NCBI GenBank assembly: GCA_043228905.1
Contig: JBHGNT010000012.1
Coordinates: 11,594,001 to 11,658,000, forward strand
Length of the DNA: 64,000 nt
Reading direction: 5' to 3'
Source: Azolla caroliniana
Taxonomy: Eukaryota > Plantae > Polypodiophyta
Shown: in pieces, positions 1 to 13,800 of the stretch
Layout: each line of letters opens with the position of its first letter
How positions within the stretch are numbered: the stretch's first letter is position 1
Position numbers and translations under genes: made by a program
Notes under the pieces: model-generated
Database searches by the model: none
Told to the model about the DNA's origin: nothing
The model's input: the letters and a program-made list of their open reading frames with translations, nothing else

Positions 1-3000
1 GAGGAGTACCCGACTTCGAAGAGCCGGATGATACAGACCCAGTATGAACCGGATGAGGAGTACCCGGCTACGGAGAGCCGGATGGTGCAGACCCGGTATG
101 AACCGGATGAGGAGTACCCGGCTTCGGAGAGCCGGATGATAAAGACCCGGTATGAACCGGATCAGGAGTACCCAGCTACGGAGAGCCGGATGGTGCAGAC
201 CCGGTATGAACCGGATGAGTACCCGGCTTCGGAGAGCCGGATGATACAGACCCGGTATGAACCGGATGAGGAGTACCCGGCTACGGAGAGCCGGATGGTG
301 CAGACCCGGTATGAACCGGATGAGGAGTACCTGGCTACGGAGAGCCGGATGGTGCAGACCCGGTATGAACCGGATGAGGAGTACTCGGCTTCGGAGAGCC
401 GGATGATACAGACCCGGTATGAACCGGATGAGGAGTACCCGGCTACGGAGAGCCGGATGGTGCAGACCCGGTATGAACCTAATGAGGAGTACCCGGCTTC
501 GGAGAGCCGGATCCTACAGACCCGGTATGAACCGGATGAGGAGTACCCGGCTTCGGAGAGCCGGATGATACAGACCCGGTATGAACCGGATGAGGAGTAC
601 CCGGCTACGGAGAGCCGGATGGTGCTGACCCGGTATGAACCGGATGAGGAGTACCCGGCTTCGGAGAGCCTGATGATACAGACCCGGTATGAACTGGATG
701 AGGAGTACCCGTCTACGGAGATCCGGGTGATACATACCCGGTATGAACCGGATGAGGAGTACCCGGCTACGGAGAGCCGGATGGTGCAGACCCGGTATGA
801 ACCGGATGAGGAGTACCCGGCTTCGGAGAGCCGGATGATACAGACCCAGTATGAACCGGATGAGGAGTACCCGGCTACGGAGAGCCGGATGGTGCAGACC
901 CGGTATGAACCGGATGAGGAGTACTCGGCTTCGGAGAGCCGGATGATACAGACCCGGTATGAACCGGATGAGGAGTACCCGGCTACGGAGAGCCGGATGG
1001 TGCAGACCCGGTATGAACCTAATGAGGAGTACCCGGCTTCGGAGAGCCGGATCCTACAGACCCGGTATGAACCGGATGAGGAGTACCCGGCTTCGGAGAG
1101 CCGGATGATACAGACCCGGTATGAACCGGATGAGGAGTACCCGGCTACGGAGAGCCGGATGGTGCTGACCCGGTATGAACCGGATGAGGAGTACCCGGCT
1201 TCGGAGAGCCTGATGATACAGACCCGGTATGAACTGGATGAGGAGTACCCGTCTACGGAGATCCGGGTGATACATACCCGGTATGAACCGGATGAGGAGT
1301 ACCCGGCTACGGAGAGCCGGATGGTGCAGACCCGGTATGAACCGGATGAGGAGTACCCGGCTTCGGAGAGCCGGATGATACAGACCCAGTATGAACCGGA
1401 TGAGGAGTACCCGGCTACGGAGAGCCGGATGGTGCAGACCCGGTATGAACCGGATGAGGAGTACCCGGCTTCGGAGAGCCGGATGATACAGACCCGGTAT
1501 GAACCGGATGAAGAGTACCCGTCTACGGAGATCCGGATGATACATACCCGGTATGAACCGGATGAGGAGTACCCGGCTACGGAGAGCCGGATGGTGCAGA
1601 CCCGGTATGAACCGGATGAGGTGTACTCGGCTTCGGAGAGTCGGATGATACAGACCCAGTATGAACCGGATGAGGAGTACCCGGCTACGGAGAGCCGGAT
1701 GGTGCAGACCCGGTATGAACCGGATGAGGAGTACCCGGCTTCGAAGAGCCGGATGATACAGACCCGGTATGAACCGGATGAGGAGTACCCGCGTACGGAG
1801 AGCCGGATGGTGCAGACCCGGTATGAACCGGATGAGGAGTACCCGGCTTCGGAGAGCCGGATGATACAGACCCGGTATGAACCGGATGAGGAGTACCCAG
1901 CTACGGAGAGCCGGATGGTGCAGACCCGGTATGAACCGGATGAGTACCCGGCTTCGGAGAGCCGGATGATACAGACCCGGTATGAACCGGATGAGGAGTA
2001 CCCGGCTACGGAGAGCCGGATGGTGCAAACCCGGTATGAACCAGATGAGGAGTACGCGGCTTCGAAGAGCCGGATGATACAGACCTGGTATGAACCGGAT
2101 GAGGAGTACCCGGCTACGGAGAGCCGGATGGTGAAGACCCGATGTGAACCGGATGAGGAGTACCCGGATTCGGAGAGCCGGATGATACAGACCCGGTATG
2201 AACCGGATGAGGACTACCCGGCAACGGAGAGCCGGATGGTGTAGACCCGGTATGAACCGGATGAGTACCCGGCTTCAGAGAGCCGGAGGATACAGACCCG
2301 GTATGAACCGGATGAGGAGTACCCGGCTACGGAGAGCCGGATGATACATACCCGGTATGAACCGGATGAGGAGTACCCGGCTACGGAGAGCCAGATGGTG
2401 CAGACCCGGTATGAACCGGATGAGGAGTACCCGGCTTCGGAGAGTCGGATGATATAGACCCCGTATGAACCGGATGAGGAGTACCCGGCTACGGAGAGCC
2501 GGATGGTGCAGACCCGGTATGAACCGGATGAGGACTACCCGGCTTCGGAGAGCCGGATGATACAGACCCGGTATCAACCGGATGAAGAGTACCCGTCTAC
2601 GGAGATCCGGATGATACATACCCGGTATGAACCGGATGAGGAGTACCCGGCTACGGAGAGCCGGGTGGTGCAGACCCGGTATGAACCGGATGAGGAGTAC
2701 CCGGCTACGGAGAGCCGGATGGTGCAGACCCGGTATGAACCTAATGAGGAGTACCCGGCTTCGGAGAGCCGGAGGATACAGACCCGGTATGAACCGGATG
2801 AGGAGTACCCGGCTTCGGAGAGCCGGATGATACAGACCCGGTATGAACCGGATGAGGAGTACCCGGCTACGGAGAGCCGCATGGTGCAGACCCCGTATGA
2901 ACCGGATGAGGAGTACCCGGCTTCGAAGAGCCGGATGATACAGACCCGGTATGAACCGGATGAGGAGTACCCGGCTTCGGGGAGCCGGATGGTGCAGACC

Positions 3001-6000
3001 CGGTATGAACCGGATGAGGAGTACCCGGCTACGGAGATCCGGATGGTGCAGACCCGGTATGAACCGGATGAGGAGTACCCGGCTTCGGAGAGTCGGATGA
3101 TACAGACCCAGTATGAAACGGATGAGGAGTACCCGTCTACGGAGAGCCGGATGGTGCAGACCCGGTATGAACCGGATGAGGAGTACCCGGCTTCGAAGAG
3201 CCAGATGATACAGACGCGGTATGAACCGGATGAGGAGTACCCGGCTTCGGAGAGCCGGATGATACAGACCCGGTATGAACCGGATGAGGAGTACCCGGCT
3301 ACGGAGAGCCGGATGGTGCAGACCCGGTATGAACCGGATGAGGAGTACCTGGCTTCGGAAAGCCGGATGGTGCAGACCCGGTATGAACCGGATGAGGAGT
3401 ACCCGGCTACGGAGAGCCGGATGGTGCAGACCCGGTATGAACTGGATGAAGAGTACCCGGCTTCGGAGAGCCGGATGGTGCAGACCCGGTATGAACCGGA
3501 TGAGGAGTACCCGACTACGGAGAGCCGGATGGTGCAGACCCGGTATGAACCGGATGAGGAGTACCCGGCTTCGGAGAGTCGGATGCTACAGACCCGGTAT
3601 GAACCGGATGAGGAGTACCCGGCTACGGAGAGCCGGATGGTGCAAACCCGGTATGAACCGGATGAGGAGTACGCGGCTTCGAAGAGCCAGATGATACAGA
3701 CCTGGTATGAACCGGATGAGGAGTACCCGGCTACGGAGAGCCGGATGGTGCAGACCCGGTATGAACCGGATGAGGAGTACCCAGCTTCGGAGAGTCGGAT
3801 GATACAGACCCAGTATGAACCGGATGAGGAGTACCCGGCTACGGAGAGCCGGATGGTGCAGACCCGATATGAACCGGATGAGGAGTACCCGGCTTCGGAG
3901 AGCCGGATGATACAGACCCGGTATGAACCGGATGAAGAGTACCCGTCTACGGAGATCCGGATGATACATACCCGGTATGAACCGGATGAGGAGTACCCGG
4001 CTACGGAGAGCCGGATGGTGCAGACCCGGTATGAACCGGATGAGGTGTACTCGGCTTCGGAGAGTCGGATGATACAGACCGAGTATGAACCGGATGAGGA
4101 GTACCCGGCTACGGAGAGCCGGATGGTGCAGACCCGGTATGAACCGGATGAGGAGTACCCGACTTCGAAGAGCCGGATGATACAGACCCGGTATGAACCG
4201 GATGAGGAGTACCCGGCTACGGAGAGCCGGATGGTGCAGACCCGGTATGAACCGGATGAGGAGTACCCAGCTACGGAGAGCCGGATGGTGCAGACCCGGT
4301 ATGAACCGGATGAGTACCCGGCTTCGGAGAGCCGGATGATACAGACCCGGTATGAACCGGATGAGGAGTACCCGGCTACGAAGAGCCGGATGGTGCAGAC
4401 CCAGTATGAACCGGATGAGGAGTACCTGGCTACGGAGAGCCGGATGGTGCAGACCCGGTATGAACCGGATGAGGAGTACTCGGCTTCGGAGAGCCGGATG
4501 ATACAGACCCGGTATGAACCGGATGAGGAGTACCCGGCTACGGAGAGCCGGATGGTGCAGACCCGGTATGAACCTAATGAGGAGTACCCGGCTTCGGAGA
4601 GCCAGATCCTACAGACCCGGTATGAACCGGATGAGGAGTACCCGGCTTCGGAGAGCCGGATGATACAGACCCGGTATGAACCGGATGAGGAGTACCCGGC
4701 TACGGAGAGCCGGATGGTGCAGACCCGGTATGAACCGGATGAGGAGTACCCGGCTTCGGAGAGCCTGATGATACAGACCCGGTATGAACTGGATGAGGAG
4801 TACCCGTCTACGGAGATCCGGGTGATACATACCCGGTATGAACCGGATGAGGAGTACCCGGCTACGGAGAGCCGGATGGTGCAGACCCGGTATGAACCGG
4901 ATGAGGAGTACCCGGCTTCGGAGAGTCGGATGATACAGACCCAGTATGAACCGGATGAGGAGTACCCGGCTACGGAGAGCCGGATGGTGCAGACCCGGTA
5001 TGAACCGGATGAGGAGTACCCGGCTTCGGAGAGCCGGATGATACAGACCCGGTATGAACCGGATGAAGAGTACCCGTCTACGGAGATCCGGATGATACAT
5101 ACCCGGTATGAACCGGATGAGGAGTACCCGGCTACGGAGAGCCGGATGGTGCAGACCCGGTATGAACCGGATGAGGTGTACTCGGCTTCGGAGAGTCGGA
5201 TGATACAGACCCAGTATGAACCGGATGAGGAGTACCCGGCTACGGAGAGCCGGATGGTGCAGACCCGGTATGAACCGGATGAGGAGTACCCGGCTTCGAA
5301 GAGCCGGATGATACAGACCCGGTATGAACCGGATGAGGAGTACCCGCGTACGGAGAGCCGGATGGTGCAGACCCGGTATGAACCGGATGAGGAGTACCCG
5401 GCTTCGGAGAGCCGGATGATACAGACCCGGTATGAACCGGATGAGGAGTACCCAGCTACGGGGAGCCGGATGGTGCAGACCCGGTATGAACCGGATGAGT
5501 ACCCGGCTTCGGAGAGCCGGATGATACAGACCCGGTATGAACCGGATGAGGAGTACCCGGCTACGGAGAGCCGGATGGTGCAAACCCGGTATGAACCGGA
5601 TGAGGAGTACGCGGCTTCGAAGAGCCGGATGATACAGACCTGGTATGAACCGGATGAGGAGTACCCGGCTACGGAGAGCCGGATGGTGCAGACCCGATGT
5701 GAACCGGATGAGGAGTACCCGGATTCGGAGAGCCGGATGATACAGACCCGGTATGAACCTAATGAGGAGTACCCGGCTTCGGAGAGCCGGAGGATACAGA
5801 CCCGGTATGAACCGGATGAGGAGTACCCGGCTTCGGAGAGCCGGATGATACAGACCCGGTATGAACCGGATGAGGAGTACCCGGCTACGGAGAGCCGCAT
5901 GGTGCAGACCCCGTATGAACCGGATGAGGAGTACCCGGCTTCGAAGAGCCGGATGATACAGACCCGGTATGAACCGGATGAGGAGTACCCGGCTTCGGGG

Positions 6001-9000
6001 AGCCGGATGGTGCAGACCCGGTATGAACCGGATGAGGAGTACCCGGCTACGGAGATCCGGATGGTGCAGACCCGGTATGAACCGGATGAGGAGTACCCGG
6101 CTTCGGAGAGTCGGATGATACAGACCCAGTATGAAACGGATGAGGAGTACCCGTCTACGGAGAGCCGGATGGTGCAGACCCGGTATGAACCGGATGAGGA
6201 GTACCCGGCTTCGAAGAGCCAGATGATACAGACGCGGTATGAACCGGATGAGGAGTACCCGGCTTCGGAGAGCCGGATGATACAGACCCGGTATGAACCG
6301 GATGAGGAGTACCCGGCTACGGAGAGCCGGATGGTGCAGACCCGGTATGAACCGGATGAGGAGTACCTGGCTTCGGAAAGCCGGATGGTGCAGACCCGGT
6401 ATGAACCGGATGAGGAGTACCCGGCTACGGAGAGCCGGATGGTGCAGACCCGGTATGAACTGGATGAAGAGTACCCGGCTTCGGAGAGCCGGATGGTGCA
6501 GACCCGGTATGAACCGGATGAGGAGTACCCGACTACGGAGAGCCGGATGGTGCAGACCCGGTATGAACCGGATGAGGAGTACCCGGCTTCGGAGAGTCGG
6601 ATGCTACAGACCCGGTATGAACCGGATGAGGAGTACCCGGCTACGGAGAGCCGGATGGTGCAAACCCGGTATGAACCGGATGAGGAGTACGCGGCTTCGA
6701 AGAGCCAGATGATACAGACCTGGTATGAACCGGATGAGGAGTACCCGGCTACGGAGAGCCGGATGGTGCAGACCCGGTATGAACCGGATGAGGAGTACCC
6801 AGCTTCGGAGAGTCGGATGATACAGACCCAGTATGAACCGGATGAGGAGTACCCGGCTACGGAGAGCCGGATGGTGCAGACCCGATATGAACCGGATGAG
6901 GAGTACCCGGCTTCGGAGAGCCGGATGATACAGACCCGGTATGAACCGGATGAAGAGTACCCGTCTACGGAGATCCGGATGATACATACCCGGTATGAAC
7001 CGGATGAGGAGTACCCGGCTACGGAGAGCCGGATGGTGCAGACCCGGTATGAACCGGATGAGGTGTACTCGGCTTCGGAGAGTCGGATGATACAGACCGA
7101 GTATGAACCGGATGAGGAGTACCCGGCTACGGAGAGCCGGATGGTGCAGACCCGGTATGAACCGGATGAGGAGTACCCGACTTCGAAGAGCCGGATGATA
7201 CAGACCCGGTATGAACCGGATGAGGAGTACCCGGCTACGGAGAGCCGGATGGTGCAGACCCGGTATGAACCGGATGAGGAGTACCCAGCTACGGAGAGCC
7301 GGATGGTGCAGACCCGGTATGAACCGGATGAGTACCCGGCTTCGGAGAGCCGGATGATACAGACCCGGTATGAACCGGATGAGGAGTACCCGGCTACGAA
7401 GAGCCGGATGGTGCAGACCCAGTATGAACCGGATGAGGAGTACCTGGCTACGGAGAGCCGGATGGTGCAGACCCGGTATGAACCGGATGAGGAGTACTCG
7501 GCTTCGGAGAGCCGGATGATACAGACCCGGTATGAACCGGATGAGGAGTACCCGGCTATGGAGAGCCGGATGGTGCAGACCCGGTATGAACCTAATGAGG
7601 AGTACCCGGCTTCGGAGAGCCAGATCCTACAGACCCGGTATGAACCGGATGAGGAGTACCCGGCTTCGGAGAGCCGGATGATACAGACCCGGTATGAACC
7701 GGATGAGGAGTACCCGGCTACGGAGAGCCGGATGGTGCAGACCCGGTATGAACCGGATGAGGAGTACCCGGCTTCGGAGAGCCTGATGATACAGACCCGG
7801 TATGAACTGGATGAGGAGTACCCGTCTACGGAGATCCGGGTGATACATACCCGGTATGAACCGGATGAGGAGTACCCGGCTACGGAGAGCCGGATGGTGC
7901 AGACCCGGTATGAACCGGATGAGGAGTACCCGGCTTCGGAGAGTCGGATGATACAGACCCAGTATGAACCGGATGAGGAGTACCCGGCTACGGAGAGCCG
8001 GATGGTGCAGACCCGGTATGAACCGGATGAGGAGTACCCGGCTTCGGAGAGCCGGATGATACAGACCCGGTATGAACCGGATGAAGAGTACCCGTCTACG
8101 GAGATCCGGATGATACATACCCGGTATGAACCGGATGAGGAGTACCCGGCTACGGAGAGCCGGATGGTGCAGACCCGGTATGAACCGGATGAGGTGTACT
8201 CGGCTTCGGAGAGTCGGATGATACAGACCCAGTATGAACCGGATGAGGAGTACCCGGCTACGGAGAGCCGGATGGTGCAGACCCGGTATGAACCGGATGA
8301 GGAGTACCCGGCTTCGAAGAGCCGGATGATACAGACCCGGTATGAACCGGATGAGGAGTACCCGCGTACGGAGAGCCGGATGGTGCAGACCCGGTATGAA
8401 CCGGATGAGGAGTACCCGGCTTCGGAGAGCCGGATGATACAGACCCGGTATGAACCGGATGAGGAGTACCCAGCTACGGGGAGCCGGATGGTGCAGACCC
8501 GGTATGAACCGGATGAGTACCCGGCTTCGGAGAGCCGGATGATACAGACCCGGTATGAACCGGATGAGGAGTACCCGGCTACGGAGAGCCGGATGGTGCA
8601 AACCCGGTATGAACCGGATGAGGAGTACGCGGCTTCGAAGAGCCGGATGATACAGACCTGGTATGAACCGGATGAGGAGTACCCGGCTACGGAGAGCCGG
8701 ATGGTGCAGACCCGATGTGAACCGGATGAGGAGTACCCGGATTCGGAGAGCCGGATGATACAGACCCGGTATGAACCGGATGAGGAGTACCCGGCAACGG
8801 AGAGCCGGATGGTGCAGACCCGGTATGAACCGGATGAGTACCCGGCTTCGGAGAGCCGGAGGATACAGACCCGGTATGAACCGGATGAGGAGTACCCGGC
8901 TACGGAGAGCCGGATGATACATACCCGGTATGAACCGGATGAGGAGTACCCGGCTACGGAGAGCCAGATGGTGCAGACCCGGTATGAACCGGATGAGGAG

Positions 9001-10342
9001 TACCCGGCTTCGGAGAGTCGGATGATATAGACCCCGTATGAACCGGATGAGGAGTACCCGGCTACGGAGAGCCGGATGGTGCAGACCCGGTATGAACCGG
9101 ATGAGACTACCCGGCTTCGGAGAGCCGGATGATACAGACCCGGTATGAACCGGATGAAGAGTACCCGTCTACGGAGATCCGGATGATACATACCCGGTAT
9201 GAACCGGATGAGGAGTACCCGGCTACGGAGAGCCGGGTGGTGCAGACCCGGTATGAACCGGATGAGGAGTACCCGGCTACGGAGAGCCGGATGGTGCAGA
9301 CCGGGTATGAACCTAATGAGGAGTACCCGGCTTCGGAGAGCCGGAGGATACAGACCCGGTATGAACCGGATGAGGAGTACCCGGCTTCGGAGAGCCGGAT
9401 GATACAGACCCGGTATGAACCGGATGAGGAGTACCCGGCTACGGAGAGCCGGATGGTGCAGACCCCGTATGAACCGGATGAGGAGTACCCGGCTTCGAAG
9501 AGCCGGATGATACAGACCCGGTATGAACCGGATGAGGAGTACCCGGCTTCGGAGAGCCGGATGGTGCAGACCCGGTATGAACCGGATGAGGAGTACCCGG
9601 CTACGGAGATCCGGATGGTGCAGACCCGGTATGAACCGGATGAGGAGTACCCGGCTTCGGAGAGTCGGATGATACAGACCCAGTATGAAACGGATGAGGA
9701 GTACCCGGCTACGGAGAGCCGGATGGTGCAGACCCGGTATGAACCGGATGAGGAGTACCCGGCTTCGAAGAGCCAGATGATACAGACGCGGTATGAACCG
9801 GATGAGGAGTACCCGGCTACGGAGAGCGGGATGGTGCAGACCCGGTATGAACCGGATGAGGAGTACCCGGCTTCGGAGAGCCGGATGATACAGACCCGGT
9901 ATGAACTGGATGAGGAGTACCCAACTACGGAGAGCCGGATGCTGCAGACCCGGTATGAACCGGATGAGGAGTACCCGGCTTCGAAGAGCCGGATGATACA
10001 GACGCGGTATGAACCGGATGAGGAGTACCCGGCTACGGAGAGCCGGATGGTGCAGACCCGGTATGAACCGGATGAGGAGTACCCGGCTTCGGAGAGCCGG
10101 ATGATACAGACCCGGTATGAACCGGATGAGGAGTACCCGGCTTCGGAGAGCCGGATGATACAGACCCGGTATGAACCGGATGAGGAGTACCCGGCTACGG
10201 AGAGCCGGATGGTGCAGACCCGGTATGAACCGGATGAGGATTACCCGGCTTCGGAGAGCCGGATGATACAGACCCGGTATGAACCGGATGAGGAGTACCC
10301 GGCTACGGAGAGCCGGATGGTGCAGACCTGGTATGAACCGGA
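1..10342. repeat. 54-bp tandem satellite, left arm (about 190 monomers; continues beyond the window start)
   Basis: Consensus CAGACCCGGTATGAACCGGATGAGGAGTACCCGGCT(A/T)CGGAGAGCCGGATG(GTG/ATA); 4 CCGG per monomer; two alternating monomer types; occasional 51-bp variants missing one GAG. Confidence 0.98.
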
Positions 10343-10475
10343 TGTCAGGAACTCTATTAAGGCAGAGAAGGAATTAGTACTAAAAGAAGGATTAGTACTA
10401 TTGTTGGGGAATAGTACTAAGACAGAGAAGGATTAGTACTATGAGAGGTGTCGAACTTTGAGAGAAGGAATGAGT

Positions 10476-10517
<42 letters not shown>

Positions 10518-10807
10518 TGATGCGAAAGATATATGTATTATATGACGGAAGATATACAACAGTAGTTAGAAGGCTTAAGACTGGCGTTGAACCGATTTGG
10601 TTCGAACTAATGCCCTGTGCCTCCTTTTATAGTGTCTTCAGGAATACTCCTGAAGTTTCTAGAATGTTCCAGAGAAATCTGGAATATACATCAATTTCCT
10701 AATAAAACCTAAATGAAAATAATATCCTTCAAATTACAACTCATAACCTAATGGTAAAGTCTCGACCCGTGTAACAAAAGGTTATGGGTTCGAGTCTAGT
10801 TATGACA
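10343..10807 (-). repeat. 3' LTR of the chromovirus (465 bp)
   Basis: TGTCAGG...TATGACA; by eye identical to 15607-16061 except 5 extra AG units in the microsatellite. Confidence 0.96.
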
Positions 10808-13800
10808 CTATCCCCCCTTTAAAACGACGAGTTTCACGAGTCGTTTTGGATTGAGGACCCGGTTTCTCGGGATATCGTCGATGGAAGTCTTCTAGAAGAG
10901 CACGAGCATTGGTCACATTCTCGATCGGTTCCCAAGTACGCTCGCTGGGACTATATCCTAGCCAATCGACTAGATAGTAGAGCTTGTTGCGAACAATCTT
11001 GGAATCGAGGATGGCAGCGACCTCATACTCAGGTCCATCTTCGAGCTCGATAGGAGGTGGAGGTTGTATAGTACGTCCTGGGATAGTGCTCTCGTGATAG
11101 GGTTCGAGGAGAGAACTATGAAACACCGGGTGTATCCGAAGTTGCGGAGGTAGCTCGAGACGAAAAGCGACATCATTAATCTTCCCGATAATACGGAAAG
11201 GACCTAATCGTCGATAATCCAACTTCTCACATGGGCGAGTAGTCTTGATGTGTCGTCGTAGCAGCCACACCCGATCTCCAATGTTAAAACTGGATGGAAG
11301 TCGATGACGATCTGCGTAGTCCTTGTGTGATTGTTGAGCTTGCTGGAGTTGAGTAGATAAATCCGCTTGTATCTTGCGTAACCGCTCCAAACGATCCTCC
11401 GCGTAAGGATTTGTGGACACTTCTGGGGTTTCAAGGACACACCACCGGGGATGATATCCCGTATAAGCGTAGAATGGCGTGACTTTAGTCGATGCGTGGA
11501 TAGCGTTATTATAGGCAAATTCGGCGAACGGAAGAATATCTGCCCAGTCATTCTGATGATAGTTGAGAAAGCACCGCAGATACTGCTCCAGTGTTTGATT
11601 TGTTCGTTCGGCTTGACCGTCGGTTTGTGGGTGGTAGCCGGAGGAGAGGTTACAAGTGACCTTCAGCATTTTAAAAAGGTGCTTCCAGAATTTTGACACA
11701 AACTGGGGTCCACGATCGCTGATGATATTATCAGGGAGTCCATGATGCCGACATACTTCCCGCATGACAATTTCGGCGGTGTCTTCACTAGATATTTCTT
11801 TAGTACATGGTAAGAAATGAGCCATCTTCGTATATCGATCCACGACTGTGAGAATCGCACTGAATCCCTTAGAGACTGGAAGATCTGTAATGAAGTCAAG
11901 AGCAATGGATTGCCATGGCTTGCTTGGAATTGGTAATGGTTCTAATAAACCATATGGATGATGTCTTGGCATTTTCGCTCTGCAGCATGTATCGCAAGTC
12001 CGAACAAAATCTTCGACAAATTGTCGCATACGGGGCCACCAGAATGATCGTTGTACTAAATCTAATGTTTTAGTACTACCAAAATGTCCTGCTGTATATG
12101 TGTCATGGCAGTTTTGTACTACTCGAAGGCGGCAAGAACCATTAGGAACATACAAAAGTTCTTTAAAGAAGAGTAATCCATCACAGTATTTGAATTGCCG
12201 ATAATCCGTACCTGGTGATTGTGATTGTGAACATGACGCTCGAGAGGGGTCAATTTGTGCTAGTATAGCTTGGGCGAAAGCGTCAGTCTTCAAGTCCTCA
12301 CGTATAGTATTGGTAATGTCGGAATCCACGGGCATGTCAAAGATCTGTGCTGCTTGCAGTCGTGCTGGACCCAAGATTACTTGCTTCTGGTTATCGAAAG
12401 CTGGCTCACCGGGACGTGGTGTTAGAGACGAACGCCGTGATAATGCATCTGCCTTCCCTTGGTGCTTCCCCGGACGATATGTAATTTTGAAGTCGAAGCG
12501 TGTGAGGAAATGGGCCCACCGAGCTTGACGTCGATTCAGTACACGAGCATCTTGAAAGTAGGCAAGGTTCTTGTGGTCACTGAATACAGTGACCTGATGA
12601 GGAGATCCCTCCAGGAAATGCCTCCATTGCATAAAAGAATCAACTATTGCTAATAGCTCTTTATCATGAATTTCGTAGTTGATTTCGGCGGCGTCAAACT
12701 TACGGGAGTGGAAAGCCACAGGATGTAGCTTCTCGTCGTTACCCTGTTGTGACAGAATGCTCCCCAATGCGAAATCCGATGCATCAGCTTCGATAATGAA
12801 TGGTTTTTCCAGATCCACATGACCTAAAATTGGAGCTGATGTAAACGCCTTCTTAAGACTCTCGAAAGCCATGTCCGTCTCTTTAGACCAAATGAATGAT
12901 TGTCCCTTCCTGGTGAGCTGTGTGAGAGGCAGCACAATTTTTGAGTAATTTTGTATGAACTTCCGGTAGAAATTTGCAAAGCCTAGGAAGCATTGCACAT
13001 CCCGCACCGAACGCGGAGTGTGCCATTCTATCACCGTTTTGACCTTGGCTGGGTCCATAGATATGCCTTCTGAGGAGATGACATAGCCGAGAAACTCCAC
13101 TTGGTTGCACCCGAAACTACATTTCTCTAACTTTGCATACAGACCATGTTCTCGAAGTCGTTTTAGTACTAATAGTACATGAGAATCATGTTCTTCTTGG
13201 GTCTTTGAATAAACCAGTAGATCATCCAAATAGATGATCAAAAAATCATCCAAGAGGTCTCGAAATATATCATTCGCCATGTGCTGGAAGACTGCCGGCG
13301 CATTAGTGAGTCCGAACGGCATGACCGTATACTCGAAGTGCCCATATCTGGTGCGAAACGCGGTCTTCCATTCATCTCCTGGTCGGATCCGTACGAGGTT
13401 ATAGGCTCCTCGTAAGTCGATCTTCGTGAAGAACCTGGCACCGTTGATCCGTTCTAAAAGACTTGAGATAAGGGGAAGAGCATACCTATTTCTTACTGTG
13501 ACCTTATTCAAGCCACGGTAATCTACAACGAGTCGAAGCGAGCCATCTTTTTTCTTGACGAAGAAAATGGGTGCGCCGGCTGGAGATTTCGAATGCCGAA
13601 TGAAACCGTTCTCCAAATTCTCCTCTATATAGGCTCGAAGGACTTCTAGCTCGGTTGGTGACAAATTGTAGATCGGCCCCCATGGCGGCTCTTTTCCCGG
13701 TTGTAAGTCGATGGCGCAGTCGTACGGCCGATGATGAGGAAGTGTGTTGGCTTGTACTTTATCGAACACATCAGCATACTGACGATACTTCTCGGGAAGT

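Noticed and set aside
10478-10702. Short ORFs such as MRERERER... and antisense ORFs over retrotransposon genes
   Set aside because: They are translations of microsatellites or shadow frames of real transposon ORFs.
10737-10807. Bona fide tRNA gene in the LTR
   Set aside because: A- and B-box-like motifs are present, but acceptor, anticodon and T stems do not pair properly; reported only as tRNA-like promoter boxes.
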